Origin: an uncultured Lentisphaeraceae bacterium
Lineage (GTDB): Bacteria > Verrucomicrobiota > Kiritimatiellia > RFP12 > UBA1067
DNA: 64,000 nt
Reading direction: 5' to 3'
Assembly: GCA_964406095.1 (NCBI GenBank)
Contig: CAYOQJ010000057.1
Span: 1,342-65,341 of the forward strand
The notes beneath the pieces are model-generated. The model had not been told where the DNA came from. It saw only the letters and a program-made list of their open reading frames with translations, and made no database searches. Below, one piece after another: positions 26,404 to 34,955 of the stretch; the stretch's first letter is position 1, and every line of letters starts with the position of its first letter. The translations under genes were made by a program, and so were the position numbers.

Positions 26404-29400
26404 ATGAATAAATTCAAAATTTCAGTTTTAACGTTGTTTTTTGCTTTTTCGTGTGATGCAGTTGAGCTTATGCAGACACATTTTGAAACCCCGGATGTAG
26501 TGTTGGCCGAAGAAGTTCTGAGTGCTCCCGATCGGCATGTACGGGATTTTTCCAAAGAAATTCAGAACGCGATTGACAGAGTTGCGGCGAGGGGTGGCGG
26601 AACATTATTTCTGCAAGCCGGTCACTATAATCTGGATCAGCCGATTATCGTTAAGGAGGGGGTCACACTGCGGGGTGACTATCCGGATAAGATCAGTGAG
26701 TGCGGACGCGGAACGGTGTTGTGTATCACTGATCGAAAGGGTGTGGACAGCACCGCTGCCACCATCACTGTGCAACGTGGCAGCGGAGTCAGAGGGCTGA
26801 CTTTCTGGTATCCCGAACAACGATGGGAGAGACCGCAGCCTTATCCCTGGACAATCTCAGCGGCTAAGATGGAGAAGAATGACAACCAAAGCATATTCGA
26901 CTGCATCATTGTGAATGGCTGGAACGGCATCCGAATCGGTCCGCAGAGTAATGAGTTGCACACTTTGCGCCGCCTGAAAATCTGTGCTTTAAACAATGCT
27001 CTTTTTATTGATAGCACCACCGATATAGGACGTCTTTCCGAACTTCTGATATCACCGCAGGTATGGCTGGAGAGTGGTTTGCCGAGGGTTCCTTCCGGTG
27101 ATGATGCGCAACGTTTTCGTGACTTGTTGCGCAATGGTTCAAGTGTGGGTGTGAATTTCGGGCGCAGTGACTGGGAGTACATCTGGCGTTTACGTGTAAA
27201 CGGTTATAATCGGGGAGTGGTTTTTCAAAAGGGCAAGCGCGGAAAAACCAATGCTGTGATGGGGGATTCTGATATTAGTGGTTGTTTCGTGGCACTTTGC
27301 ATTGATACCGTCAGCAAAGTTGGACTTTCCCTTTATAATTGCCGTCTGAATTCCAATGATGTTTCAGTGCTAGGCACCGGAAACTTTGACACTATTACCC
27401 AGTTTCACTCCTGTAGGCTGGATAACAGAGTTGAGAATCTGGGCAAAGGTGTGTTTTCATTTAAAAATTGCAGGCTGCACAATGTTATGATCGAAAGCGG
27501 CGAACTGTTGATGGCGGACTCTACTTTTAATGATCTCACGCTGGCCGAAGATGTGCAACGGGTGCGGGTTGTCGGGTTTGATCCGCGTTCCGGCAGATTA
27601 AACAATCGAACTAGGGGGGGAGACATCATGATTTCACCCGCCTCTTTAAATCAGCAGCCACAACAGGCGTTGATCGCGCCGGAGCCAGCACCCTTCCGTG
27701 CTCCCGGAACTACTCGTGTGATTGATGTGACCCATTTTGGGGCATCGTCAGAGCTTGATGATAACGCTGTAGCCTTTCAGCGAGCATTGGATGCGGCAGG
27801 TAAAGGTGAGGATGGTGCCACAGTATATGTGCCTGCCGGGTTTTATCGGTTTAAAGATGATATCAGGGTGCCTTCGGGGGTGGAATTGCGCGGATGTTTC
27901 GATGTTCCGCATCATACCATTTCAGATGGTTCGGTTTTGATGCCTTGTCATAACGCAGGAGATCAGGATGCGTCGGCATTTGTCAGACTGTCCGCCGGAT
28001 CGGGGCTACGCGGGCTGAGTTTCTGGTACCCGATGCAGTCGGTGCGTGATCCTCAACCCTATCCCTGGTGCGTGCAGTCGCTGGGCGCAGGGTGCTGGAT
28101 TATCGACACCAATATCGGCAATGCCTGGTGGGGAGTGGATTTTGCCACTCATCCTTCAGAGGGGCATGTTGTTCAATATCTTTCGGGTGCCATGTTTCAA
28201 CGCGGTCTTTTTGTGGGAAATGGAGCTGGATGGGTTGAGGATGTTCAGTTCAATCCTCATTATATGGGGCGTCATTCCAGCCGGGTGGCATTTGAGTTGT
28301 GGCCGGGCGAAAAATATAATCCGCAAGTTTTGATAGAGTATCAGCGACGCTATCTGAAGGGGATCATCTTTGAAAACTGTCTTGGTGAAAGAGTGCGGGG
28401 CAACTTCCTTTATGCTGGGCATGAGGGCATAACTTTCAAGGGTGAGTGTGTGGCGGAAGTTCTGATTCATGGCTCCGATACGGTCAGTCGCGCAGCCTAT
28501 CTGGATATGGACTCCGGCTCACAAGCACGCTTTGCTCTGGCGCAGCTTGTTTCGCTTGGCGATTATATGGAAGGCGCAATTGTTGCGTCCGACGCAAACA
28601 GAGGTGCGGCGGTTTTCATGAACTCACAGATATGGGCTGGTAACAGCACCGCGCTGCTAAATGGTTTCGGCAGGATAAAACTGGAGCAGTTCAATACCTG
28701 CTCGGGGGTGTTGAAAGCCAATTCCGGCGAAGTAATTGCGGAGTTGGGATTTTTCAGTAACGCTTTGGAACAGCAGATTATGTCCGACGATGCGGTGCGT
28801 TTGAGTGTGCTGGCCTGTATCAACAAATTCGGACTTCTCAGAGTACAAGGCGGTGGTCAGCTGAGCATGAGTGCCAATTCGATCACTTTGCGACATGATG
28901 TGGCCGATTTTGATTCTGCGGCATCTGTGCATTTCAAGAGTTCTTTTGAAGATAATAAGGTTACAGTACCGCTTCGTAAGATTGCTACGCCGGGTGGCGG
29001 TATAAGATCGGTCATCGAAAGTTGTACAGTGGTAGGGCATCATCCTGAGGCCCACAGAGGCAGGCGGGTTGTTCGTTTCAGTGGCGTCGCTGAAAGCAGA
29101 GAACACTCGTTTGTCTATCACGTGATTTACGATCAACCGATTCTGCTGCCGCCCGACGCAAGACTGGTTTACTGGAAAAAACCGTTGAACAAATTGGGTT
29201 GCGCCACAGCGGTAGATCTTTTTTTGCGCGGCGGTGAAGTTCTGCGGTCGTTGCCATGCGGACACGGTAATCATCCTGGAGCTCGTAAAGGAGACCCGCA
29301 AGAGTGGAAAAGAATTTCAATTCCGCTCGAGTCTCTGAGCGGGAAGGTAGTTGAAAAGATCATGATTGCTTTTGATACACGCGGTGTCGCCGGAAAATTT

Positions 29401-29703
29401 GATGTTTTGTTTGATGATATCGAAATTGGCTCACCGCTACCGTTGAGCGTCTGGAGTGTACGGGCTCGACCGGCTGGCGACGCCTTCGCGAGCGCGCCGT
29501 TGGTCACAATTGAGCATGCGCCGGAATTGAGAGTGCGATACACATTGAATGGCACTAATCCGACGATGGATGACAGAGTTTATCACAAGCCTTTTAAAAT
29601 TCCGTTGAAGACGACAACTGAACTGCGCTACTCCCCGTTTATCGAGGGAGCTCAGTGGGATGCTCCGGTTTTCGGTGAAATCTACAGAGCTCGAACTGAC
29701 TGA
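26404..29703 (+). CDS. Secreted protein with two tandem right-handed beta-helix (Pectate_lyase_3-type) modules and a C-terminal chitobiase/hexosaminidase-C-like domain (GH55-like architecture)
   Basis: Start at ATG 26404 (MNKFKISVLTLFFAFSCDA). First module: IQNAIDRVAARGGGTLFLQAGHYNLDQPIIVKEGVTLRGD. Second module: FQRALDAAGKGEDGATVYVPAGFYRFKDDIRVPSGVELRG. The motif FWYPxQ...PQPYPW occurs in both halves. Tail: LRVRYTLNGTNPTMDDRVYHKPFKIP. Confidence 0.6.
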   Translation: MNKFKISVLTLFFAFSCDAVELMQTHFETPDVVLAEEVLSAPDRHVRDFSKEIQNAIDRVAARGGGTLFLQAGHYNLDQPIIVKEGVTLRGDYPDKISECGRGTVLCITDRKGVDSTAATITVQRGSGVRGLTFWYPEQRWERPQPYPWTISAAKMEKNDNQSIFDCIIVNGWNGIRIGPQSNELHTLRRLKICALNNALFIDSTTDIGRLSELLISPQVWLESGLPRVPSGDDAQRFRDLLRNGSSVGVNFGRSDWEYIWRLRVNGYNRGVVFQKGKRGKTNAVMGDSDISGCFVALCIDTVSKVGLSLYNCRLNSNDVSVLGTGNFDTITQFHSCRLDNRVENLGKGVFSFKNCRLHNVMIESGELLMADSTFNDLTLAEDVQRVRVVGFDPRSGRLNNRTRGGDIMISPASLNQQPQQALIAPEPAPFRAPGTTRVIDVTHFGASSELDDNAVAFQRALDAAGKGEDGATVYVPAGFYRFKDDIRVPSGVELRGCFDVPHHTISDGSVLMPCHNAGDQDASAFVRLSAGSGLRGLSFWYPMQSVRDPQPYPWCVQSLGAGCWIIDTNIGNAWWGVDFATHPSEGHVVQYLSGAMFQRGLFVGNGAGWVEDVQFNPHYMGRHSSRVAFELWPGEKYNPQVLIEYQRRYLKGIIFENCLGERVRGNFLYAGHEGITFKGECVAEVLIHGSDTVSRAAYLDMDSGSQARFALAQLVSLGDYMEGAIVASDANRGAAVFMNSQIWAGNSTALLNGFGRIKLEQFNTCSGVLKANSGEVIAELGFFSNALEQQIMSDDAVRLSVLACINKFGLLRVQGGGQLSMSANSITLRHDVADFDSAASVHFKSSFEDNKVTVPLRKIATPGGGIRSVIESCTVVGHHPEAHRGRRVVRFSGVAESREHSFVYHVIYDQPILLPPDARLVYWKKPLNKLGCATAVDLFLRGGEVLRSLPCGHGNHPGARKGDPQEWKRISIPLESLSGKVVEKIMIAFDTRGVAGKFDVLFDDIEIGSPLPLSVWSVRARPAGDAFASAPLVTIEHAPELRVRYTLNGTNPTMDDRVYHKPFKIPLKTTTELRYSPFIEGAQWDAPVFGEIYRARTD

Positions 29704-29733
29704 GACTGGAAAGTATCTTTGAAGCTGCAACCG

Positions 29734-29761
29734 GTTGTTTGTTGAATCTCTGACAAACAAC
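29734..29761. terminator. Hairpin between convergent genes (bidirectional terminator candidate)
   Basis: GTTGTTTGT (29734-29742) pairs with ACAAACAAC (29753-29761) across a 10-nt loop. There is no clear T-tract on either side. Confidence 0.35.
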
Positions 29762-29771
29762 GCAACTTGCT

Positions 29772-30815
29772 TTAAAAACAGCGTTTTTTCTGTTTTTTCA
29801 GACAGACTCTGTCGCATTTGTAACATATCTCGTTTTTGAGGTAACCGTCGTCAAAGAACTCTCTGAGATTGGCCAGTGTGGTTTCCGCGATATTTTCAAG
29901 TGCCTCGCGGGTGAAAAAAGCCTGGTGTGATGTAACCAGGACATTGGGAAAAACAAGCAAACGGGCCAGAATGTCATCCATGATCATTTCCATCGATTTA
30001 TCTTCGAAGAAGTAGTTGCTCTCCTCTTCGTAGACATCCAGACCGGCGGAACCGACCTTACCCGATTTCAGGGCTTCAATCAGGTGCTGAGTGTTGATCA
30101 GTTTGCCACGTCCCGTGTTAATCAGCATCACGCCGTCTTTCATGCGGCTCAGCGAGTCGGCATTGATCATATACTCGGTTTGCGGTGTCAGGGGGCAATG
30201 CAGCGAGATAATGTCTGACTCGCTGTAAATATCTTCCAGCGGAACATATTCGATCTGTTCGGCAGCCGCGTAAGCTACATCCGGGTAAGGGTCGTAAGCG
30301 AGTACGCGCATGCCGTAACCCTTGAGAATCGAAATCAGGCAGCGTCCGATCTTGCCGGTACCGATTACTGCAGCAGTTTTACCGTGCATATCAAAACCCA
30401 GAAGACCGTTGAGGGAGAAGTTGCCGTCGCGGGTACGGGGATAAGCCTTGTAGATTTTACGGTTGAGCGAAATCATCAGGGCGGCGGCGTGCTCGGCAAC
30501 TGCGTAGGGAGAGTAGGCCGGAACCCGCACTACGTGAATTTTCTGATAGGCCGCGTTGAAATCGACATTGTTGTAACCGGCACACCGCAGTGCGATGATT
30601 TTAACACTCTGCTGATGGAGTTTAGCAATCACATCATTATCAACCAGATCGTTGACGAAAACACAGATGCCGTCGAAGTTTCCACCCAGCATGGCAGTAC
30701 GGCTGTTAAGCTTGGCTTCAAAGTAGGTGATGTCAAAATGGTAAGACTCATTCACCGCGTTGAAAAACTGCATATCATAAGGTTTGGTGTCGAAAAATGC
30801 GATTTTCTCATTCAT
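29772..30815 (-). CDS. ldhA: Fermentative D-lactate dehydrogenase (D-isomer 2-hydroxyacid dehydrogenase) with a Cys-rich basic C-terminal tail
   Basis: 347 aa. Motifs: MNEKIAFFDTKPYD...FEAKLN and the NAD-binding site VIGTGKIGR. The RVPAYSP and TSHQAFFT segments are typical of LdhA. Confidence 0.85.
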   Translation of the reverse strand: MNEKIAFFDTKPYDMQFFNAVNESYHFDITYFEAKLNSRTAMLGGNFDGICVFVNDLVDNDVIAKLHQQSVKIIALRCAGYNNVDFNAAYQKIHVVRVPAYSPYAVAEHAAALMISLNRKIYKAYPRTRDGNFSLNGLLGFDMHGKTAAVIGTGKIGRCLISILKGYGMRVLAYDPYPDVAYAAAEQIEYVPLEDIYSESDIISLHCPLTPQTEYMINADSLSRMKDGVMLINTGRGKLINTQHLIEALKSGKVGSAGLDVYEEESNYFFEDKSMEMIMDDILARLLVFPNVLVTSHQAFFTREALENIAETTLANLREFFDDGYLKNEICYKCDRVCLKKQKKRCF

Positions 30816-30855
30816 ATCAGTTGATCCCGCCGGTGTGGTGTGAAATTTTTCAGGA

Positions 30856-30943
30856 TGGTGCCAGAGGAGGGATTCGAACCCTCACGCGGGAAACCCCGCA
30901 ACGGATTTTAAGTCCGGAGTGTCTGCCATTCCACCACTCTGGC
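30856..30943 (-). tRNA. tRNA-Leu (anticodon UAA), class II with a long variable arm and an encoded CCA
   Basis: The reverse complement is GCCAGAGTGGTGGAATGGCAGACACTCCGGACTTAAAATCCGTTGCGGGGTTTCCCGCGTGAGGGTTCGAATCCCTCCTCTGGCACCA. It has a 7-bp acceptor stem GCCAGAG/CTCTGGC, anticodon loop CUUAAAA, and T-loop GGTTCGAATCC. Confidence 0.9.
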
Positions 30944-30959
30944 ACTGTGTTGAGTCGCT

Positions 30960-30988
30960 ATAATAGCTTTAACAGAGTTCAGACACAA
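30960..30988 (-). promoter_or_regulatory. Sigma-70-like promoter candidate for tRNA-Leu
   Basis: On the minus strand: TTGTGT (30983-30988), a 17-nt spacer, then TATTAT (30960-30965). The -10 element ends about 16 nt upstream of the tRNA 5' end. Confidence 0.3.
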
Positions 30989-30995
30989 GTCGATT

Positions 30996-33900
30996 TCACT
31001 CTGATTCAAATTGTTCCAGAGATTCAATCGTCTCGCCTACTCTGATACGCAGCCGCATCAGCTGATCGGGATTATACATATTTCGGCCTGAGTAGCGTCC
31101 TCCGGCATTGGGTATTTCACAGAAACTCAGAAATGCAGCAAGCAGATCATGTGCCGCTTTATTGTTGTGACGCTCGGCAAGCTCAGAGAGTTTCCGCAGG
31201 TACGACCAGTCTTCAACTCCGTCACGGGCTGCTTCGATACGGATTGATGTGACCGGTTCGGCGCCAGCTCCTGTTTCTGGTGTCGGGGGGTATATCAGGT
31301 AGCCGTCGCCATTGGGATAACGCACATGATAATACTCTCCGGGGGTGCTTGCCTGATTGATATAGGTGTGCCAGCCAAATTCCCAGGGATTATGGGTGTA
31401 CCAGCTTACCCCCCAGAATTCATAGACATCGACACCGTATTTAAAGGCGTAGTGCGGTAGCATACGTTCGGTTGCGAGCAGAGGGGTGTCGGTGCACATC
31501 TGGCCATCGGTTGTAAACCAGAGCTGATTGCCGATCTTCCGTTGACGTTGCATCTGTTCGACAGAAAAACAGCCGTAGTGACCGATACCCCAGACATCAA
31601 TCGCGTCGTCCCACTCGGGGCAGTGACGCCAGGTGCTGCTGTAGATGCGGATGGCGGGATCGACGGCATGAATCATATCGCAGCAGGCGCGCATTTGATC
31701 AACGATATGTTGATGTGAGAAGTGCGGTTCATCCGAGATATACAAAATGAAATTATCGGAACGGCCCCTGGCTTTAATATGGTTCCAATAAAGGCGCAAC
31801 GCCTCCTGATAAACCTGTTTATACTGTGGACGCAGTTGCGATCGGTCTACACTTTGGTATGGGTATTCTCCCTCGTATGGTTCTTCGCCGAGAAACTTAC
31901 GGGGTGGATGACCCCAGCCGAAGATATTGAAATTGTGTGGCATATACGAGACTCTAAATTTGAGTTCATCAAAGTAGAGTTGGCAAGCTTTGTCATATGC
32001 GGTGAAGTCGCAGGTCACTTTGCCATCCGTATCGCGTTTCAGCGGGATGTGGCTTTGAACTGTGTCGGGCGACAACTTTTTTGCTGCCAGAAAACGCAGA
32101 ATTTTTTCACGGGCTTGGGCTCGATTGCGCCAGTTGGTGAAATCAATATTGCGGAAACGTACATCATAGATAGCAGAAAATTCGGGATTTTCCGGCAGAT
32201 CAAAGTCCCAAACCGTGACTTTAAACGGGCGGTTCAGAATTGTCCGGGTTCCGGCCTTGATCCGTATTTCGCCCTGATACTCACCGGGGGCGGTGTCGGT
32301 GTTGCTGTTGAAGGTGATCCACAGCGGCTGCGTACGGTTGGCGGATAATCTGAATTCAGCTGTGCTGAAGATCGGGTCGGGCCACCATCCTGGCCATCCG
32401 TCGGAGCCGTTGCGCTGCTGCGGATATTTGAATTCCCACTCCGGTGTGCTGTGGTTGCTGTAGCAGGAGGTGGTGTCGATCGGCACAAAATCCACCCGTC
32501 CGATTGAAAAATTATTCAGCACCGACTCTGAATCGGTATGGTGTTGACTATCAGATTCGGTCAGACGCTTCCAGAGTTTGGCCAGCGTGGAACCGCTTTT
32601 TAGAGAGGGAGCGGAAATTTCTATTTTCAAATCCTGCAAATCCACACCGGAACGCAGAGCCAGTTGCAGTGGTTCACTCTCATTTCGGGCCAGGTGAATT
32701 TCAATCGGTCGGTCTTTAACAGGCGGAAGTGTCTCACGGAAGAGTTTGACAATCGGATTAACCTGCCAGAGTTTGATTTCTTTCTCCTGAGGTCTAGTTT
32801 CAGGTTCGCCAATGGTTGTGGTTAGACACTCCGCCATCAGGAAGCCGTCGTGACGCATCATGCCGCTGCAGTTGGCGGTGAGATGCAGCGAAAAGGAGTC
32901 ATAACGCCGAGGAATTGTGATGGCGCTGAACATTGGAGTCCATTCGGTGTTGCCTGAAATAGGCGTTCCGGCTGAAAGAAAGATTGGCTTGGCTTTACGA
33001 TCCTGGGTTGAGTTGAGGTGGACGTGCAGATGACCGGTCGCAGCGAAGTTTTCCGTTGCCATCCATCCACCGAACAGGTATGTCGAGGAAGGTTTGACAG
33101 ATATTGTCTGGCGCCATCCGTGCCAGCCTGTTTTGGCTGATTCGGAGATACGGCATTCCGCGCTGTATCTGTTGAAAAGGGCCTTAGAGCTTTTATTGTG
33201 CACAACACCCGGCACAGTGTCGGATTGTCCGGAAATATACCAGTCGTCGGGTTGCGCTTCTCCCTTTTCAAAGTCCGGATTTCTGATCAGGTTTAAATCA
33301 CTTGCCAACATTCGTTTGTATTCCGCCAGATCAATCTCGTTGTCGCGGAAAAGAGCCAGTTGATCAGAGGGGATGTCACTGCCCTCAATACTACCGCTCA
33401 GCGTCCTGTTTTTCGGCTTTGCACCGGAATCGGCTACATAGAGATAACAGCGTTGTACTTTCTGCCGGTTGACGGGCACTCTGAACAGCAGCAGGTTGGT
33501 TAATCGGCAGGTTTCAATTTCTTCACCGTTGAAGGTTACTCTGAAAATCGGCGTGTGAATGCCGCGTTTTAGCAGAGCGGTTTCGATAAATACCGGCATC
33601 TCGGTGCCTTCGACGGCATCTGCTGAGGGCAGGATATTGATGGGAAAACGCATGTTCCAGTTTTCAATCCCGGGCGGAGGGGCGATCCAGGCTGCCTCAG
33701 TGCCCTCGATCTGAATATCCAGATGTTCAACCGGCGTGGTGGTGATCTTCAGCTTCACGGCATTATGAACCGGTTTGTCGCTCTCAAATCGCAGATCATC
33801 AAACCAGGCAGTACCTGATCCGCGTAGCAGCGATCCGGTGCGTATTATGGTGGCATCGGGCGGAACTGTAAAGCTGATCATCAGTTCGTGCCACTCAGTT

Positions 33901-34664
33901 TCGGATTTTTTAATTGAGGCATGGCGGTTGAGCATCTGGCCATTGGTGCTGTTGCCGACATGTACAAACCAGCCAGCGTAACCTTTTAAATTTTCGGTAC
34001 GCACCCGTACCCGCAATTCACATTCGGCACCCGGCGCAACCTTGATATCCGTGCGGTATAAGCCCGACCAGGATTGGGAAAGAGCGGGATCGGCAATCTG
34101 CTTGAGGCAGAATCTGCCGCTGTATGGAGATTCATCTGTGCGGTTGAATCGATGAGGCGGTTTAATTTCGTTTTTAAACCAGCCTAGAGGTAAATCCGAG
34201 CCGAGTTCAAAATCGCCGTTGAGCGGCAGATCGTCCGGCAAAATATGCAGAAAATCCGCCAGCTTCCAGGCAGCAGGATTGTCAAAATAGAGTGTAAATG
34301 AGGTTTTTTCGGATGCGTCACAGACGAGCGGCAGTGTCAGAATTGCCCCGGCGGGAATTTCACCGTCAGTGATGGTGGATGAAAAATCCGGCTGCCATAT
34401 ATTGAAAAGTAGCTGGGTATTGCGATTATTAACGACACGTAGCGAAGAAGCTTCAACCCCGGTCAGAGGTGCCTCGTTGTGTTCATCCCCAACCTTGACC
34501 GATATTATTTTGCCCTCTATGGCCTGGTCACTCTGATTGGAGACTTCAACCGAGAAACGTGAACGCCAGAAACCGCCGTTTCCCAGCCAAAGCTTGTGAT
34601 TCCACAACTCCGCAGCGTTGAGCGAAAGTACGAGCAATATCACAAAACTGATAATTGATTTCAT
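30996..34664 (-). CDS. 1222-aa secreted glycan-active protein: two CBM4_9-like modules and a C-terminal DUF4091 (GH123-like) domain
   Basis: Signal peptide MKSIISFVILLVLSLNAAE. CBM-like segments: NGDFELGSDLPLGW...AWFDDLRFES and IRNPDFEKGEAQPDDW. C-terminal segments VTVWDFDLPENPEF..., AIDVWGIGHYG, RYPNGDGYLIYPP and VTSIRIEAARDGVEDWSYLRKL match my memory of DUF4091. Confidence 0.55.
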   Translation of the reverse strand: MKSIISFVILLVLSLNAAELWNHKLWLGNGGFWRSRFSVEVSNQSDQAIEGKIISVKVGDEHNEAPLTGVEASSLRVVNNRNTQLLFNIWQPDFSSTITDGEIPAGAILTLPLVCDASEKTSFTLYFDNPAAWKLADFLHILPDDLPLNGDFELGSDLPLGWFKNEIKPPHRFNRTDESPYSGRFCLKQIADPALSQSWSGLYRTDIKVAPGAECELRVRVRTENLKGYAGWFVHVGNSTNGQMLNRHASIKKSETEWHELMISFTVPPDATIIRTGSLLRGSGTAWFDDLRFESDKPVHNAVKLKITTTPVEHLDIQIEGTEAAWIAPPPGIENWNMRFPINILPSADAVEGTEMPVFIETALLKRGIHTPIFRVTFNGEEIETCRLTNLLLFRVPVNRQKVQRCYLYVADSGAKPKNRTLSGSIEGSDIPSDQLALFRDNEIDLAEYKRMLASDLNLIRNPDFEKGEAQPDDWYISGQSDTVPGVVHNKSSKALFNRYSAECRISESAKTGWHGWRQTISVKPSSTYLFGGWMATENFAATGHLHVHLNSTQDRKAKPIFLSAGTPISGNTEWTPMFSAITIPRRYDSFSLHLTANCSGMMRHDGFLMAECLTTTIGEPETRPQEKEIKLWQVNPIVKLFRETLPPVKDRPIEIHLARNESEPLQLALRSGVDLQDLKIEISAPSLKSGSTLAKLWKRLTESDSQHHTDSESVLNNFSIGRVDFVPIDTTSCYSNHSTPEWEFKYPQQRNGSDGWPGWWPDPIFSTAEFRLSANRTQPLWITFNSNTDTAPGEYQGEIRIKAGTRTILNRPFKVTVWDFDLPENPEFSAIYDVRFRNIDFTNWRNRAQAREKILRFLAAKKLSPDTVQSHIPLKRDTDGKVTCDFTAYDKACQLYFDELKFRVSYMPHNFNIFGWGHPPRKFLGEEPYEGEYPYQSVDRSQLRPQYKQVYQEALRLYWNHIKARGRSDNFILYISDEPHFSHQHIVDQMRACCDMIHAVDPAIRIYSSTWRHCPEWDDAIDVWGIGHYGCFSVEQMQRQRKIGNQLWFTTDGQMCTDTPLLATERMLPHYAFKYGVDVYEFWGVSWYTHNPWEFGWHTYINQASTPGEYYHVRYPNGDGYLIYPPTPETGAGAEPVTSIRIEAARDGVEDWSYLRKLSELAERHNNKAAHDLLAAFLSFCEIPNAGGRYSGRNMYNPDQLMRLRIRVGETIESLEQFESE

Positions 34665-34836
34665 TTTAACCCCGTTTGCTATTTCCCATGCTCATGGTAC
34701 TATATTCCGGGGCAGAATTCAAGTCAGTAGAAGCATCTGCGCTAAATGGCGCTGCGGGGTAGAGGTAGTGACCTTGCATCATCCGGAATAACGGAGTTTT
34801 GCTGCAGTTTCTGTGGGGCTAAGACGGGAATCTCAC

Positions 34837-34865
34837 TTGACAACCGGATGACTAAATTCTAATGT
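34837..34865 (+). promoter_or_regulatory. Sigma-70-like promoter candidate for the polyamine operon
   Basis: TTGACA (34837-34842), a 17-nt spacer, then TAATGT (34860-34865). This would give a leader of about 90 nt before the speA ATG at 34956. Confidence 0.4.
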
Positions 34866-34955
34866 TCGTGCCAACACCTTATTACCTCTGCGCGTTGTCA
34901 GGATTGATAAGAAACACGTGACTTTTGGTGAATTTTTGATTTGCAGGAATTACGC

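Noticed and set aside
30816-30995. tRNA-Leu as a possible integration site for a genomic island or prophage.
   Set aside because: There is no integrase, no direct repeat of the tRNA 3' end and no phage-like gene on either side. The flanking genes are ldhA and a glycan-active protein.
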